From assembly GCA_018269055.1 (NCBI GenBank), contig JAFDVI010000001.1, positions 69,443 to 133,442 on the forward strand: a stretch of DNA of 64,000 nucleotides. The letters are read 5' to 3'. Below, one piece after another: positions 27,739-38,545 of the stretch; position 1 is the first letter of the stretch, and the number at the start of each line of letters is the position of its first letter. A program made the translations under genes and the position numbers. The notes beneath the pieces are model-generated. The model was given only the letters and a program-made list of their open reading frames with translations, ran no database searches and was not told the origin of the DNA. The DNA comes from Acidobacteriota bacterium. Its GTDB lineage: Bacteria > Acidobacteriota > Blastocatellia > RBC074.

Positions 27739-29610
27739 TCAGTGAACAATGACCGGCACGCTGACATGCGAAGGAAACTGTTTCGACCGATGAATGCTGT
27801 GTGTTGCTTTGATGTAATCGGCGTCCGTCGCTTTGAAAATGTTCGGCACGAATTTTTGCGGGTTGCGGTCAATGATCGGGAACCACGAGCTTTGCACCTG
27901 CACCATCATCTTGTGCCCCTTCAAAAACCGATGATTGCAATACCGCATGTTGACGGCGAATTCGTTGATCGCGTTGGGCGCTAACGCTTCCGGTTTTTCA
28001 AAGCTCTTGTGGAACCGCCCGCGAAAGACTTCGTTGGCGACCATCAATTGGTACCCGCCCATTTTTACATCCTGCGGATAATTTTCGGGATACACATCAA
28101 TCAACTTGACGATCCAATCGGCGTCCGAACCGGTTGTTGACGCGAACAAATGGCCTACGACGTTGCCGCTGATGGTCAGGTCTTCCGTCAACGAATCAGT
28201 TTCCCAGCTCAGCACATCCGGTCTCCCTTGCGCAAAACGTTGATCGCCAACCAGCCACGCGCCCCAACCGGAACCGCGCGGATCGTAAGTGGCTTCGACC
28301 GGGCGCGGACGATACGGAACAGGGTTCGCCGGATCGGAAACGTAACTGTCCGCAGCCTGGCGGCTGACATCCGTTGGCGCGTCAAACGATAATTTGCCGT
28401 TGGCTTGAAAATGCAGCTTGCGCATTTCGGTTTTGTAACTTGGCGGCCATTGGTCGTAACTACGCCATTCGTTCGATCCGGTTTCAAACACATTCGCTTC
28501 TTTCCACGTTGGTGTGCCTTTGTCCTTCAGGTAATAGGCAAAAAAAGGAGCTTCGATTTGCTGGCGGTATTGCAGCGAGATGTTTCCGCCGAATTGAATC
28601 TTGCCCAAACTGCTGCCGTCCGCGCGCGCCCAACCGCCGTGATTCCACGGGCCGCCGACAAAGAAGTTCTGCTTCTGCGGATCGTTCTTTTCAAACTCTT
28701 CGTAAATTTTGACCGGGCCGTAAAAATCTTCCTGATCCCACCAACCGGCCACGTTCAACGTCGGCACCCGCGCCTGTTTCAAATATCCGGCGGCAGCCTG
28801 TTCCTGCCAGAACCGGTCGTAATTCGGATGCTCTACAAAATCGTTCCACGTAAGGATTTTGCCGTGCAGGTATTTTTCGTTGACGTTCGACAGCGCGCCC
28901 AGCCGCAAATACCACTCGTAAGTGTCGTACTTGTCGAATTCAAACCGAGCCTGTTCCTTGTTGGTTTCCATCATCGTCGCGTATTCAAACCCATAGCTGA
29001 GCCGGAACGCGCCGTTGTGATGAAAATCGTCGCCCATCCACATATCCGCCGGAGACGCTTGCGGCGAAGCCGCGCGCAAGGCCGGGTGCGGCGCAATCGT
29101 CGCCATCATCGCCGTCCAGCCCGGGTAGGAAATGCCCGTGATGCCTACGCGACCATTGTTGTTCGGGACGTTTTTGGTCAGCCATTCAATTGTGTCGTAA
29201 GCGTCCGTGACCTCATCAATCCGCTTCGGATCGTTTTTCAGCACAGACACCGGAGCGCGCTGCATAACAAACTGCCCTTCGGATTTGAAGCGCCCCCGAA
29301 TGTCCTGGAAAACAAAGATGTACCCTTCCGCAACCAATTCCTTGAACCGACCAGCTTGCGCCCACCCTTGCCCTGCCTGTGCCTGATACGGCGTGCGCTC
29401 CAAAATGATCGGCAACGGCCCGGATTGGTTTTTCGGCGTGAAGATGTGCGTGTTCAGCTTCACGCCGTCGCGCATTGGAACCATGACGGATTGGAAGTTG
29501 AAGGATGGCGAGGGTTGTTGTCTCGCACCCGCAGGAAAATTTTGTGGAATGGAAAAAATTGCCGCTGCAATAAGCAGGCACACAAAGAATCTAGGTACTT
29601 GACGATTCAT
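27739..29610 (-). CDS. CocE/NonD-family (S15, X-Pro dipeptidyl-peptidase-like) alpha/beta hydrolase, secreted
   Basis: 623 aa. Has a signal peptide, the catalytic GISYPGW (GxSYxG) motif and a large C-terminal beta-sandwich. Confidence 0.8.
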   Translation of the reverse strand: MNRQVPRFFVCLLIAAAIFSIPQNFPAGARQQPSPSFNFQSVMVPMRDGVKLNTHIFTPKNQSGPLPIILERTPYQAQAGQGWAQAGRFKELVAEGYIFVFQDIRGRFKSEGQFVMQRAPVSVLKNDPKRIDEVTDAYDTIEWLTKNVPNNNGRVGITGISYPGWTAMMATIAPHPALRAASPQASPADMWMGDDFHHNGAFRLSYGFEYATMMETNKEQARFEFDKYDTYEWYLRLGALSNVNEKYLHGKILTWNDFVEHPNYDRFWQEQAAAGYLKQARVPTLNVAGWWDQEDFYGPVKIYEEFEKNDPQKQNFFVGGPWNHGGWARADGSSLGKIQFGGNISLQYRQQIEAPFFAYYLKDKGTPTWKEANVFETGSNEWRSYDQWPPSYKTEMRKLHFQANGKLSFDAPTDVSRQAADSYVSDPANPVPYRPRPVEATYDPRGSGWGAWLVGDQRFAQGRPDVLSWETDSLTEDLTISGNVVGHLFASTTGSDADWIVKLIDVYPENYPQDVKMGGYQLMVANEVFRGRFHKSFEKPEALAPNAINEFAVNMRYCNHRFLKGHKMMVQVQSSWFPIIDRNPQKFVPNIFKATDADYIKATHSIHRSKQFPSHVSVPVIVH

Positions 29611-29817
29611 CTCGATCTCCTTTAGTTTGCCGCACGCACAGATGTCATGTCTGGCGCTCTACACACAATGGGAATTGATTAGCCAAAAAATCGAAGCGCA
29701 GGTTAATCGCCTCCGCTTGCAACAACAATCCAAAAGTTAAGTTGAGTCTCTGCTCTTAGCAACTCTAGCCTGATGTTTTCCCCTTACTACGTCTTTTACT
29801 GAAATTTCGGAGGTACT

Positions 29818-32439
29818 ATGTTCGTTCGCAAGTTTCGCGTGGGGCGATGGTTTGTCGCCGCGCTGGCCCTGATGTTGTTTTATGCGTCGCTGATTGTGCT
29901 CTCGTCGGCGCAATCGGCCAAGCCACCTGCGGCAAAATTCAAACCGGCGAATTTTTCCGCCGCCGCGTTTCACGACGACGGCGAGGGGAAGAAAAAAGGC
30001 CCCAGCCGCGAAGATCGCATCCGCGAAGCCTGGGTCTGGCACCAGGCCAATCGGCAACGGTTGATCGAAACCGAAGGCCTGGCCAGTTTGGAAGCGGAGG
30101 TGCCCGCTGAAGACATCAATGACATTTCAGTCATTCAAGCCGACAGCCGCATCGCTACGCCGTCGAATTTCTTTGACCTGACCGGTCGTCAGGTGCAATT
30201 CACACCTTCTGGTTCGGGGTACACGATTTCCTCGACGACCGGAGGGTTTGACGCCAACTTCGGAACGAAGCTCAACCTGACCACATCGCCCGCCGTCAAT
30301 CCCAAAGCAGGAACGGACCCCGGCGATGACGCTTATATCAATCAGGATTTGGGATTCAGCTTCAGTTTTTACGGTTCGTCGTTTACCACGGTGGCGATTT
30401 CCAGCAACGGATTTCTGGCCTTTCGACCGGCGGGGGTAACGCAAACGGATTTTGATTTGGGCGCTTCGGAATCGGGCGAAAGCCTGGCCAAGTTGCAAAC
30501 GGGCATTCCGCGCATTGCGCCGTACTGGCACGACCTGGACGCGGAAGCGAGTGTCACGCAAGGAGCCAACGGCATTTACATTCGCAAAGACAGCGATCGT
30601 GTGGTCATCACCTGGAACAACATACGCGATTTTCCAAACGATCCAACCGTAGACAACGGCATTCACCGATTCCAGGCAACGCTGTTCAGCAACGGGCGAA
30701 TTGTGTTTGCTTACGATCAAGCACAGTTGACCAGTTTGGCGCTGACGGGGATTTCCGGCGGAGGGGTGGCGGCTCCCGTGCCGACGTTGGTGAATTTTGC
30801 CAGCCCGTCGGCGTCGGTGATTACAACGCCAATTGCCGAATTCTTTTCCACCAGCTCCAAACTGGATGTGGTCGCGGCGGCGCAGGCGTTTTACACCGCG
30901 CACCCAAACAACGATGTTTATGATTTCGTGTATGTGCTGACCGATTTTCAGTTCGATCTGGGCGATGCGTTCGCGTTTTATTTGCCGCTGCGCAATGACG
31001 CCGCAGGCATCGGGTTGGAAGTCGGGGTGTCATCTGACGCGCTGACCATTAATAGCCAAAAGATTCAGGGCATTCTGAATCTGAGCAACATTTCGCAGGC
31101 ATATCCGGCTTCGCCCGTGACGCGATTTCTGGGCGCCAACCACGCGCTTTCGATCATGGGGCAGGAACAGGGGCATCGCTGGTTGGCGTTTCCGGGCTAT
31201 CCAGGGGCTGATCCAGCGCTGTTGCTGGGACGCGATAATGCGCACTGGAACTTTTTCCTGAACATCGAATCCAACGTCAGCAGCCCGGCAGCGCCGCGCT
31301 CATCCAGCGCCGAAGGCAGCGTTTGGCGCGATAACGGCAACGGTTCTTTTACAACCATCAACCTGATTGATGGGTATTCACGATTGGATCAATACCTGAT
31401 GGGATTGCGTCCGTCCACGGATGTTCTTGACACGTTTCTGGTCGCCAATCCGTCGGGAACCGTGCGCACGCGCGAATCCAATCCTTTCCCGAACGTGACC
31501 GTTTCCGGCACCCGGCAAACCATCACAATGAGCCAGATTTTGCAGGCCAACGGAAATCGCAACCCGAGTTCGGCAACCGCGCCCAAAACCTTTCGCGCGG
31601 CGGTTGTGTTGTTGACGCAGCAAGGCGCACAGGCTTCGCAGGCGACGCTGGACAAAGTCACGCTCTACCGGCTGGCTTGGGAAAGTTACTTCCGCCAATC
31701 CACCGATGGGCTGGCCAGCATCAATACGGGCCTGGCGGACGCGGCGACGGCGCGAACGATCGTGGCGCTGTCCGCCGCCAGCTTCAAACAGACTTTGGCC
31801 GCCGGAGAAATCTCTGCGCTGTTTGGCGCGGGTTTGAGCGGCAGCACTGCCGTGGCAAATTCGACACCGTTGCCGACGACGCTGGCCGGAACGCAGGTAC
31901 GAATCAACGGAACGCCTGCGGGTTTGTTTTTCGTTTCGTCCGGACAGATCAATTTTCAGGTTCCATTGACGACGACAACGGTGACAGGAACCGCGGTCAA
32001 CTCTTCTACCGCATTGATTGAAATTTACAGCAACGGGCAGTTGATTCGCGCCGGGACGTTCCAAATTGCCCCGGTCGTTCCGGGCATCTTCACCACCAAC
32101 CAGAGCGGCACCGGCGCAGCGGCGGCGCTGGACGCGTTCACCTTCACGCCCGGCCCATTCAATGCCAAACAATCCAATGGCCAGCCCAACATCATCGCGG
32201 TGTTTGGAACAGGCCTTGGAGCCGACGTAACCGATACCAATGGCGATGCGGCTGGTTCGACGGCGGCGACATTGGATGGTGCGAATGTTTCGGTGGGGTA
32301 CGCTGGCCGAGCGCCCGGTTTCATCGGATTGAATCAATTCAACATCACCTTCCCGGCAAATATCACGTCGGGCAATCACACTTTGTTGATTTCGCGTAAC
32401 GGCATCGCCGCCCGCGAAGTGACGATTGCCGTCAAATAA
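29818..32439 (+). CDS. Secreted hypothetical protein with a C-terminal Acidobacteria-type (TIGR03437-like) domain
   Basis: 873 aa with a signal peptide. The C-terminal ~250 aa (QINFQVP...IIAVFGTGLG...GRAPGFIGLNQFNITFP) are paralogous to the C-termini of the genes at 34224 and 53612. Confidence 0.7.
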   Translation: MFVRKFRVGRWFVAALALMLFYASLIVLSSAQSAKPPAAKFKPANFSAAAFHDDGEGKKKGPSREDRIREAWVWHQANRQRLIETEGLASLEAEVPAEDINDISVIQADSRIATPSNFFDLTGRQVQFTPSGSGYTISSTTGGFDANFGTKLNLTTSPAVNPKAGTDPGDDAYINQDLGFSFSFYGSSFTTVAISSNGFLAFRPAGVTQTDFDLGASESGESLAKLQTGIPRIAPYWHDLDAEASVTQGANGIYIRKDSDRVVITWNNIRDFPNDPTVDNGIHRFQATLFSNGRIVFAYDQAQLTSLALTGISGGGVAAPVPTLVNFASPSASVITTPIAEFFSTSSKLDVVAAAQAFYTAHPNNDVYDFVYVLTDFQFDLGDAFAFYLPLRNDAAGIGLEVGVSSDALTINSQKIQGILNLSNISQAYPASPVTRFLGANHALSIMGQEQGHRWLAFPGYPGADPALLLGRDNAHWNFFLNIESNVSSPAAPRSSSAEGSVWRDNGNGSFTTINLIDGYSRLDQYLMGLRPSTDVLDTFLVANPSGTVRTRESNPFPNVTVSGTRQTITMSQILQANGNRNPSSATAPKTFRAAVVLLTQQGAQASQATLDKVTLYRLAWESYFRQSTDGLASINTGLADAATARTIVALSAASFKQTLAAGEISALFGAGLSGSTAVANSTPLPTTLAGTQVRINGTPAGLFFVSSGQINFQVPLTTTTVTGTAVNSSTALIEIYSNGQLIRAGTFQIAPVVPGIFTTNQSGTGAAAALDAFTFTPGPFNAKQSNGQPNIIAVFGTGLGADVTDTNGDAAGSTAATLDGANVSVGYAGRAPGFIGLNQFNITFPANITSGNHTLLISRNGIAAREVTIAVK

Positions 32440-32599
32440 CCGGCCAATTGAAAATGGACGGAAGCTTTCGCCCTACGAAGCTTCCGTCCATCTTCTTTCG
32501 GAGCCTACGCCAGCATCAGCCAAGATTTGGCAAACTTCGCTACTGCCCAGCCCGTATGCTAAGCTCAGCGCACAGTGCCGAATCATTTTGAGGATTGTT

Positions 32600-33307
32600 A
32601 TGAATCAACGCTCTGAACCCGTTTCTTTGTTTGCCAAACACCGACAACAATTTTTCGTCTTGGCCTCGCTGTCCTTTTCTACGGCATTATGCTTGGGATT
32701 GTTGATGCTGCGCGCGTGGCATTACCACGGTTCGATTCAGAAATGGCTGGTCTGGAATTTGTTTCTGGCGTGGTTGCCGGTGCTGGGAGCCTTCGCAGCG
32801 TATAACCTGCATCACTGGCCGACGCGATTGCGTTGGTTGCCGATTTTCGGGTTTGCGTTTCTGTGGCTGTTGTTTTTGCCCAACGCTCCCTACCTGATCA
32901 CGGACATCATTCATTTGAAACAGAGCAGCAATGTTCCGCTGTGGTATGACCTGATCACATTGGTCGCGTTTGCCTGGACGGGTTCGTTTTTAGGTTTGGT
33001 ATCGTTGTTTCTGATGCAGGAATTGGTGCGCCGCACCGTGGGTCGCACAGCCAGTTGGCTGTTCGTCGTTAGCGTGCTGCTGCTGAATGGATTTGGCGTG
33101 TACTTCGGACGCTTTCTGCGCTGGAACAGTTGGGACGCGCTGTTCCGCCCCACAAGCCTGATGAACGATCTGCTGGACGGGCTTCAGCATCCATTTGAAC
33201 ACATGCAGACGCTGGCGTTCGCAGGACTATTCACACTGCTGTTCAGCGCCGTGTACCTGATGATGCTGTCGTTTACTCATCTGCACCTGGAACACGAACG
33301 GCGTTAA
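32600..33307 (+). CDS. DUF1361-family polytopic membrane protein
   Basis: About 6 TM helices. A GAGGA RBS precedes the ATG at 32600. The ORF-track start at 32426 is an unsupported extension. Confidence 0.55.
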   Translation: MNQRSEPVSLFAKHRQQFFVLASLSFSTALCLGLLMLRAWHYHGSIQKWLVWNLFLAWLPVLGAFAAYNLHHWPTRLRWLPIFGFAFLWLLFLPNAPYLITDIIHLKQSSNVPLWYDLITLVAFAWTGSFLGLVSLFLMQELVRRTVGRTASWLFVVSVLLLNGFGVYFGRFLRWNSWDALFRPTSLMNDLLDGLQHPFEHMQTLAFAGLFTLLFSAVYLMMLSFTHLHLEHERR

Positions 33308-33615
33308 TCAGGCATCTCCTCAAACATCGCCACTCCTTACAGTGATTGACGGTTTCGCCTTGATCCGGTAGTTTCTCGCGCAGCCTGAAGCACTGAGCAA
33401 ATTGCTCAACATTAGCGATTCCCTGTTCCCCTGAATCGTCAGCCAAGTTTCAGGCGTACGCTTGTCGTTACGAAAAACTACGGATCTTCTGAATTACCCC
33501 TGCATCCTCGTTCTGCTCACCCGGCGAGATCCTCCGCGCTTCGGCAAAGTCGCTGTCGCGATGTTGTCAAATCACTTTCTTTCTAACTTTGTTTTTGAAA
33601 GGAGCAAAACTTTCT

Positions 33616-34185
33616 ATGCATTCACGGCATTCTTTCCAAAAACCTATTGCGCTGCTGATGCTCTTTGCGCTCGCAACAGTCTTTTTTTCTGCTTTTTCTG
33701 CCAAAGCGACAATTATGCAGCGCCTGGAAATTGAGGAATTGGCGCGCAGTTCCACGGATGTATTTCACGGACAGATTCTTTCCACCCAAACCTCTTGGAA
33801 TCCGAACCACACACGCATTTACACCGGGGTAGATGTTCGCATCCAGGAAAGCTTCAAAGGCGCCGCACGACAGGGCGACACCGTTCGAATCGTGCAATTA
33901 GGCGGCGAAAAAGATGGCTTCAAAACCGATTACGCGGGACGCCCGGAATTCTCAGCGGGCGAATCCGTAGTGCTGTTTACCACGCGCACGCGCAATCACG
34001 AACTGACCGTTGTCGGGTTGAAGCAAGGCAAGATGAGAGTCAATGGCCAATCTGTAATCCGCGACTTTTCAGGGATCACGCTGATTGAACGCTCAAAATC
34101 TGGGAAAGAACCGCAATCGCCGAAACCGATATTCGCGCAGTTAACCTTGAGCGAACTTCGCCAGCGAATCAGCAGCGCGAAGTGA
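33616..34185 (+). CDS. Secreted hypothetical protein
   Basis: AAAGGAG RBS. Has a signal peptide (ALLMLFALATVFFSAFSAKA). Lies immediately upstream of the metalloprotease gene. Confidence 0.5.
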   Translation: MHSRHSFQKPIALLMLFALATVFFSAFSAKATIMQRLEIEELARSSTDVFHGQILSTQTSWNPNHTRIYTGVDVRIQESFKGAARQGDTVRIVQLGGEKDGFKTDYAGRPEFSAGESVVLFTTRTRNHELTVVGLKQGKMRVNGQSVIRDFSGITLIERSKSGKEPQSPKPIFAQLTLSELRQRISSAK

Positions 34186-34223
34186 AATCATCTATTCCAG
34201 CCATCTCAACTCGGAGGAAAGAT

Positions 34224-36266
34224 ATGAAGTACCTGATCTCTTTGCTGGCGTTCTGCGCAATCTTTTTTCTTACGACTATATCCACAAAATCTTTTGTTCG
34301 CGTGCCTATCAGCGAAACGAACGGCGCTCCGTTGGCGTGGAATTTGACGAATCCCGCCACAAGCATTGTCCAGGGTGGCCGAATCACATACCGGCTGAAT
34401 TCCGCCGGAAGCGACAACGTTCCGTTTGCGCAAGTCGAACAAGCCATCGCCGCTTCCTTTCAAACTTGGGAAGACATTCCCACCAGCACAATTGCCTTTA
34501 TGCGTGGCTCGAATACTTCTTCGACGGCGACCGCTGGCGATGGTCAATTGGAACTGTTCTGGCAGGAAAATTCCGAAACCACGGCGGATGGATTAAACCT
34601 GACAGGCGCTGTGGCGCTGACGCGGCGTCAGTTCAATACGGCCACAGGCGAAATCACGGACGCTTCCGTGGTGTTCAATGGGTTTCGATATACCTGGGCG
34701 GCTGATGGCAGAGGCGATGCGGTAGACATTCGCGATGTCGCCACGCACGAAATTGGCCATATCATTGGGCTGAGCCATAGCCCAATCGGTGGCGCAACCA
34801 TGTATCCGCGAACAATGGCCGGGCGGACGCAAAATCGGGTTCTGTCGTTGGATGACATCATTGGCGCATCGGTCATTTACCCGGAGCCTGGATTTTTGAA
34901 TTCGCGCGGCACGATTCGCGGACGGGTCAGCGAACCGGACAACACAAGCATTTTCGGCGCGCACGTGGTGGCAGTGGATGCAAACGGCAATGCCGTGTCC
35001 AGCGCGCTTTCTCAACCCGACGGAAATTATTCGATTCCGGGATTGCCGCCCGCCAATTACACGGTGTTTGCCGAACCACTTGATCCGGTCGGAGCCTCGT
35101 TTTTCAGCCGCGGCGATCTGGACGGGTTTTATGCCAATACGACCTCTACGTATTCGACCAGCAATGATGTTCAGGTCAGCGTCGGGGCTGGCGGAACGAC
35201 AACACAAAACTTCACGCTTGTCCGTGGCACACCGGCTTTGGGTGCGTATCAAGTGCGCGGGCCGGAAAGCACGGATTTTTTGAATATCAGCGGACAAGCG
35301 CCACAAGGCGCGACGAACATTATCATTGGCGTTACCGGTCCCGGCTTGCCGCAATCCGGCACGCCGTTGCAGGTCGGCGGCCCAGGCATCACCGTCAACC
35401 GCACCTTTTTCAGCACCACCAGCATCGGATTTCCGGCGGTATCAGTGGAAATTTCCATCAGTCCGACCGCTCCGCCCGGTTCGCGCAATCTGATCATTTC
35501 CTCCGGAGGACAGCGAACCGTTGTGACCGGCGGGCTGGAAATCCTCCCGACGGCAACGGCGGTCGTTTCTTCTGCGAGCTTCGCCGGAAATGTTGCCCAA
35601 GAATCCCTGGTTTCGATGTTCGGTCAAAATCTGGCGGCAACCACTCTGGCAGCTAATTCAACTCCATTGCCAACTTCGTTGAGTGGCACATCCGTCCGGC
35701 TGCGGGATTCTTCAGGCGTGGAACTGCTGGCGCCGCTCTTTTTTGTGTCGCCGGGACAGATCAACTTTCAAATAACGCCAGGATTGCTGACCGGCCCGAT
35801 TCTGGTCAACATCGGAAACATCAACGGGACGACTTCAACAGGCTCTCTCAATGCAGAAAGCGTCGCCCCCGGATTGTTCAGTGCCAACGGCAACGGGCAA
35901 GGGCTGGCAGCAGCGGTCGCCTTGCGAATTCGGAATGGCGTGCAAACCTTTGAACCTGTCACCCGCTTCGATTCGTCTGCCAATCAAATTGTTGCTGTGC
36001 CAATTGACCTTGGGCCTGCGACGGATCAGGTGATTTTGCTTCTGTTTGCGACCGGCGTTCGATTTCGCAACCAGCTTGCCGCGGTCAGTTGTGACATCGG
36101 CGGGCAGGCAATTTCGCCGATGTATGCGGGATCGCAGAATGAATTTGTCGGCCTGGATCAAATCAACGTGCCGGTATCGCGCAATTTGATCGGACGCGGA
36201 TTGGTCAATGTGAGATTGACAGTGGACGGCAAGCTCTCAAACACAGTCGCCGTCAACATCAAGTAA
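34224..36266 (+). CDS. Secreted matrixin-like zinc metalloprotease with a CarboxypepD_reg-like domain and a C-terminal TIGR03437-like domain
   Basis: Zincin motif HEIGHIIGLSHS (HExxHxxGxxH) with a Met-turn-like MYP. Has a signal peptide. The C-terminus is QINFQITP...YAGSQNEFVGLDQINVPV. A GGAGG RBS precedes the ATG at 34224. Confidence 0.8.
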   Translation: MKYLISLLAFCAIFFLTTISTKSFVRVPISETNGAPLAWNLTNPATSIVQGGRITYRLNSAGSDNVPFAQVEQAIAASFQTWEDIPTSTIAFMRGSNTSSTATAGDGQLELFWQENSETTADGLNLTGAVALTRRQFNTATGEITDASVVFNGFRYTWAADGRGDAVDIRDVATHEIGHIIGLSHSPIGGATMYPRTMAGRTQNRVLSLDDIIGASVIYPEPGFLNSRGTIRGRVSEPDNTSIFGAHVVAVDANGNAVSSALSQPDGNYSIPGLPPANYTVFAEPLDPVGASFFSRGDLDGFYANTTSTYSTSNDVQVSVGAGGTTTQNFTLVRGTPALGAYQVRGPESTDFLNISGQAPQGATNIIIGVTGPGLPQSGTPLQVGGPGITVNRTFFSTTSIGFPAVSVEISISPTAPPGSRNLIISSGGQRTVVTGGLEILPTATAVVSSASFAGNVAQESLVSMFGQNLAATTLAANSTPLPTSLSGTSVRLRDSSGVELLAPLFFVSPGQINFQITPGLLTGPILVNIGNINGTTSTGSLNAESVAPGLFSANGNGQGLAAAVALRIRNGVQTFEPVTRFDSSANQIVAVPIDLGPATDQVILLLFATGVRFRNQLAAVSCDIGGQAISPMYAGSQNEFVGLDQINVPVSRNLIGRGLVNVRLTVDGKLSNTVAVNIK

Positions 36267-36308
36267 TCTTCGGTTGATCTGAAACTCACGGTGCAGGGTA
36301 AATCGTCA

Positions 36309-36345
36309 CCGGCAGGTAATGTCGTCTTGCCTGCTGGCTTTTTCC
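36309..36345 (+). terminator. Intrinsic terminator downstream of the metalloprotease gene
   Basis: Stem ccggcagg / cctgctgg (7 of 8 bp) followed by CTTTTTCC. Confidence 0.5.
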
Positions 36346-36474
36346 TCGGAATTTCGCAACGCAATGAATCAGCTTCATCTTTTGATGGGGTGGGTTGCCC
36401 GCTACCCAGAACGTGAAGCGTTCCGTATAATCCGCGCCGGTTATTTCCAACCAAACTTCAACAGGAGACAAAAG

Positions 36475-36945
36475 ATGAACTCGAAACGCAGGCAAATTCT
36501 GAAAGCTGCCGCAGCAGCAGTCCCCGCGGCCGCAGCAATTTCCACGGAAGCCACTGCTCAATCAAAAGCCACCAAAAAAGTTCACTACCCCGGCGGCAAA
36601 AAACCGGAACGCAAACCGGGACAACAGCCGCCGCTGTTTAACGGCGCGGTGTCGTACGGCAATTTGCTGTTCATCGCGGGCAAAGGCGCGCATTTCAAAG
36701 GTGACATCAAAGAACACACCAAACACGTGCTGGATGAAGTTGAAAAGGAATTGGTCAACGCCGGGTCTTCGATGGACAAGGTCCTGAAATGCAACGTGTA
36801 TCTGGCCGACGGCAAAGATTACGCAGCGATGAACGAAGTCTTTCGCGGACGGTTTGGCGAAGAGCCTCCGGTGCGAACCACGATTGCTGCCGCGTGGGTT
36901 CCCGGCGATTCGCTGGTCGAAATTGACGTGATCGCTTACATCTAA
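36475..36945 (+). CDS. RidA/YjgF/endoribonuclease L-PSP family protein with a Tat-type signal
   Basis: Begins MNSKRRQILKAAAAAVPAAAA, a twin-arginine-like motif. The C-terminal YjgF signature is PVRTTIAAAWVPGDSLVEIDVIA. An AGGAGA RBS precedes the ATG at 36475. Confidence 0.75.
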   Translation: MNSKRRQILKAAAAAVPAAAAISTEATAQSKATKKVHYPGGKKPERKPGQQPPLFNGAVSYGNLLFIAGKGAHFKGDIKEHTKHVLDEVEKELVNAGSSMDKVLKCNVYLADGKDYAAMNEVFRGRFGEEPPVRTTIAAAWVPGDSLVEIDVIAYI

Positions 36946-36992
36946 ACGAGTTGCGCGAACTGTCAGTTTGCGCCGCTTTCTGTACTTGAGCC

Positions 36993-38525
36993 TTGCTGGT
37001 CGAAACGCTAACTGACTGTTCGCGAAACATGAAAATCGGGGAAACCGTGCTCAACATATTTCGCTCAAACCCTGACAAGTTCATTCGCACAATTTGCCTG
37101 CTGGCGCTCGGCAGCATGGTACTTGTGATAATGCCAATCCGCCCCATTGAGGCGCAGGCCGAGTTCGACATCGTGCTGGCCAATGGTCGTGTGATGGATC
37201 CGGAATCCGGCCTGGATGCCGTTCGCAACGTCGGCATTCGCGGCGGAAAGATCGCTGCCATTTCCGCCAGTCCGTTGAAAGGTAAAACGGTCGTTGATGC
37301 GAAAGGAATGGTCGTCACCGCCGGGTTCATTGATCTGCATTCGCACGGGCAGGACGACGAAAATTACCGCTACAAAGCGCGCGACGGCGTGACGACGGCT
37401 TTGGAACTGGAAGTCGGCGCTTCGCCTGTTGCCGCCTGGTATGCCGAACGCGAAGGCAAATCGCTGATCAATTTCGGCGCAACCGTAGGCCACGTTCCCG
37501 TCAAAATGGCTGTGATGAAAGACACGGGAACGTTTTTGCCGCGCGACAATGCTGTTACGAAAAAGTCTTCGCCGGAAGAAGTGCGCCAGATTGCCGAGTT
37601 GATCAAGCGCGGCCTGGACGAAGGCGCATTGGGAATCGGTTTCGGCATCAATTACGTGCCGACCAGCACGCGGACAGAAATTCTGGATTTGTTTCAACTT
37701 GCGGCCGAACGCAAAGTCGCGGGCTACGTTCATATGCGATATGCCGGAGGAGTTGAACCTGGCGGCGCCATCGAAGCGTTGCAGGAAGTATTGTCCGATG
37801 CGGTTTCAACCGGCGCGGCGCTGCACGTCGTTCACCTGACCAGCACCTGTTTACGCCAGACGGCAATCTGTTTGAGAATGATTGAAGGCGCGCAAACACG
37901 CGGCCTGGACGTAACAACCGAAGCCTATCCGTACACCGCAACGCAAACGCGCATCGAATCGGCGATTTATGACGAAGGTTGGCAGGAACGATTGGGGATG
38001 AACTTCAAGGATTTGCAGTGGGTGGCGACCGGCGAACGACTGACGGCGGAAACCTTCGCCAAATATCGCAAAGAAGGCGGTGTTGTCATTGGCCATTCCA
38101 TCCCCGAAGAAATTTCCCGTATGGCCGTCGCCAACAAACAGGTGATCGTCGCCAGCGATGGGTTCATCAACAACAAACAAGGCCACCCGCGCGGCGCTGG
38201 CAGTTATGCGCGTGTGCTGGGCCTGTATGTTCGGCAGCAAAAAGCTGTTTCGCTGATGGACGCGCTTCGCAAAATGTCCCTGCTTCCGGCGAAACGGTTG
38301 GAGGTTTCGGTCCCCATGATGCGCTCGAAGGGCCGCGTCAAAATCGGAGCCGATGCCGATCTGGTGGTTTTTGATCCGGCGACGGTAATTGACCGCGCGA
38401 CGTTTGAAAACGCAGCGCAATACTCAACCGGCATTCCCTATGTGTTGGTCAACGGCACGTTCGTTGTACGCAATGATCAGATTGTCGAGGGCGTAAAGCC
38501 CGGCACTGGCATTCGCCGCAAATAA
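36993..38525 (+). CDS. N-acyl-D-amino-acid deacylase (D-aminoacylase), amidohydrolase superfamily
   Basis: Metal-binding motif GFIDLHSHG and the overall D-aminoacylase architecture. The N-terminal hydrophobic segment suggests export. The start could be the internal Met at 37029. Confidence 0.75.
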   Translation: MLVETLTDCSRNMKIGETVLNIFRSNPDKFIRTICLLALGSMVLVIMPIRPIEAQAEFDIVLANGRVMDPESGLDAVRNVGIRGGKIAAISASPLKGKTVVDAKGMVVTAGFIDLHSHGQDDENYRYKARDGVTTALELEVGASPVAAWYAEREGKSLINFGATVGHVPVKMAVMKDTGTFLPRDNAVTKKSSPEEVRQIAELIKRGLDEGALGIGFGINYVPTSTRTEILDLFQLAAERKVAGYVHMRYAGGVEPGGAIEALQEVLSDAVSTGAALHVVHLTSTCLRQTAICLRMIEGAQTRGLDVTTEAYPYTATQTRIESAIYDEGWQERLGMNFKDLQWVATGERLTAETFAKYRKEGGVVIGHSIPEEISRMAVANKQVIVASDGFINNKQGHPRGAGSYARVLGLYVRQQKAVSLMDALRKMSLLPAKRLEVSVPMMRSKGRVKIGADADLVVFDPATVIDRATFENAAQYSTGIPYVLVNGTFVVRNDQIVEGVKPGTGIRRK

Positions 38526-38545
38526 CAACTCTTCTCCTACGAATG

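Noticed and set aside
25347-27872. Long 841-aa form of the S1-histidine kinase
   Set aside because: The extra 102 N-terminal residues are Arg/Ser-rich without a domain. The internal ATG at 27566 has a good AGGAG RBS and begins exactly at the first S1 domain.
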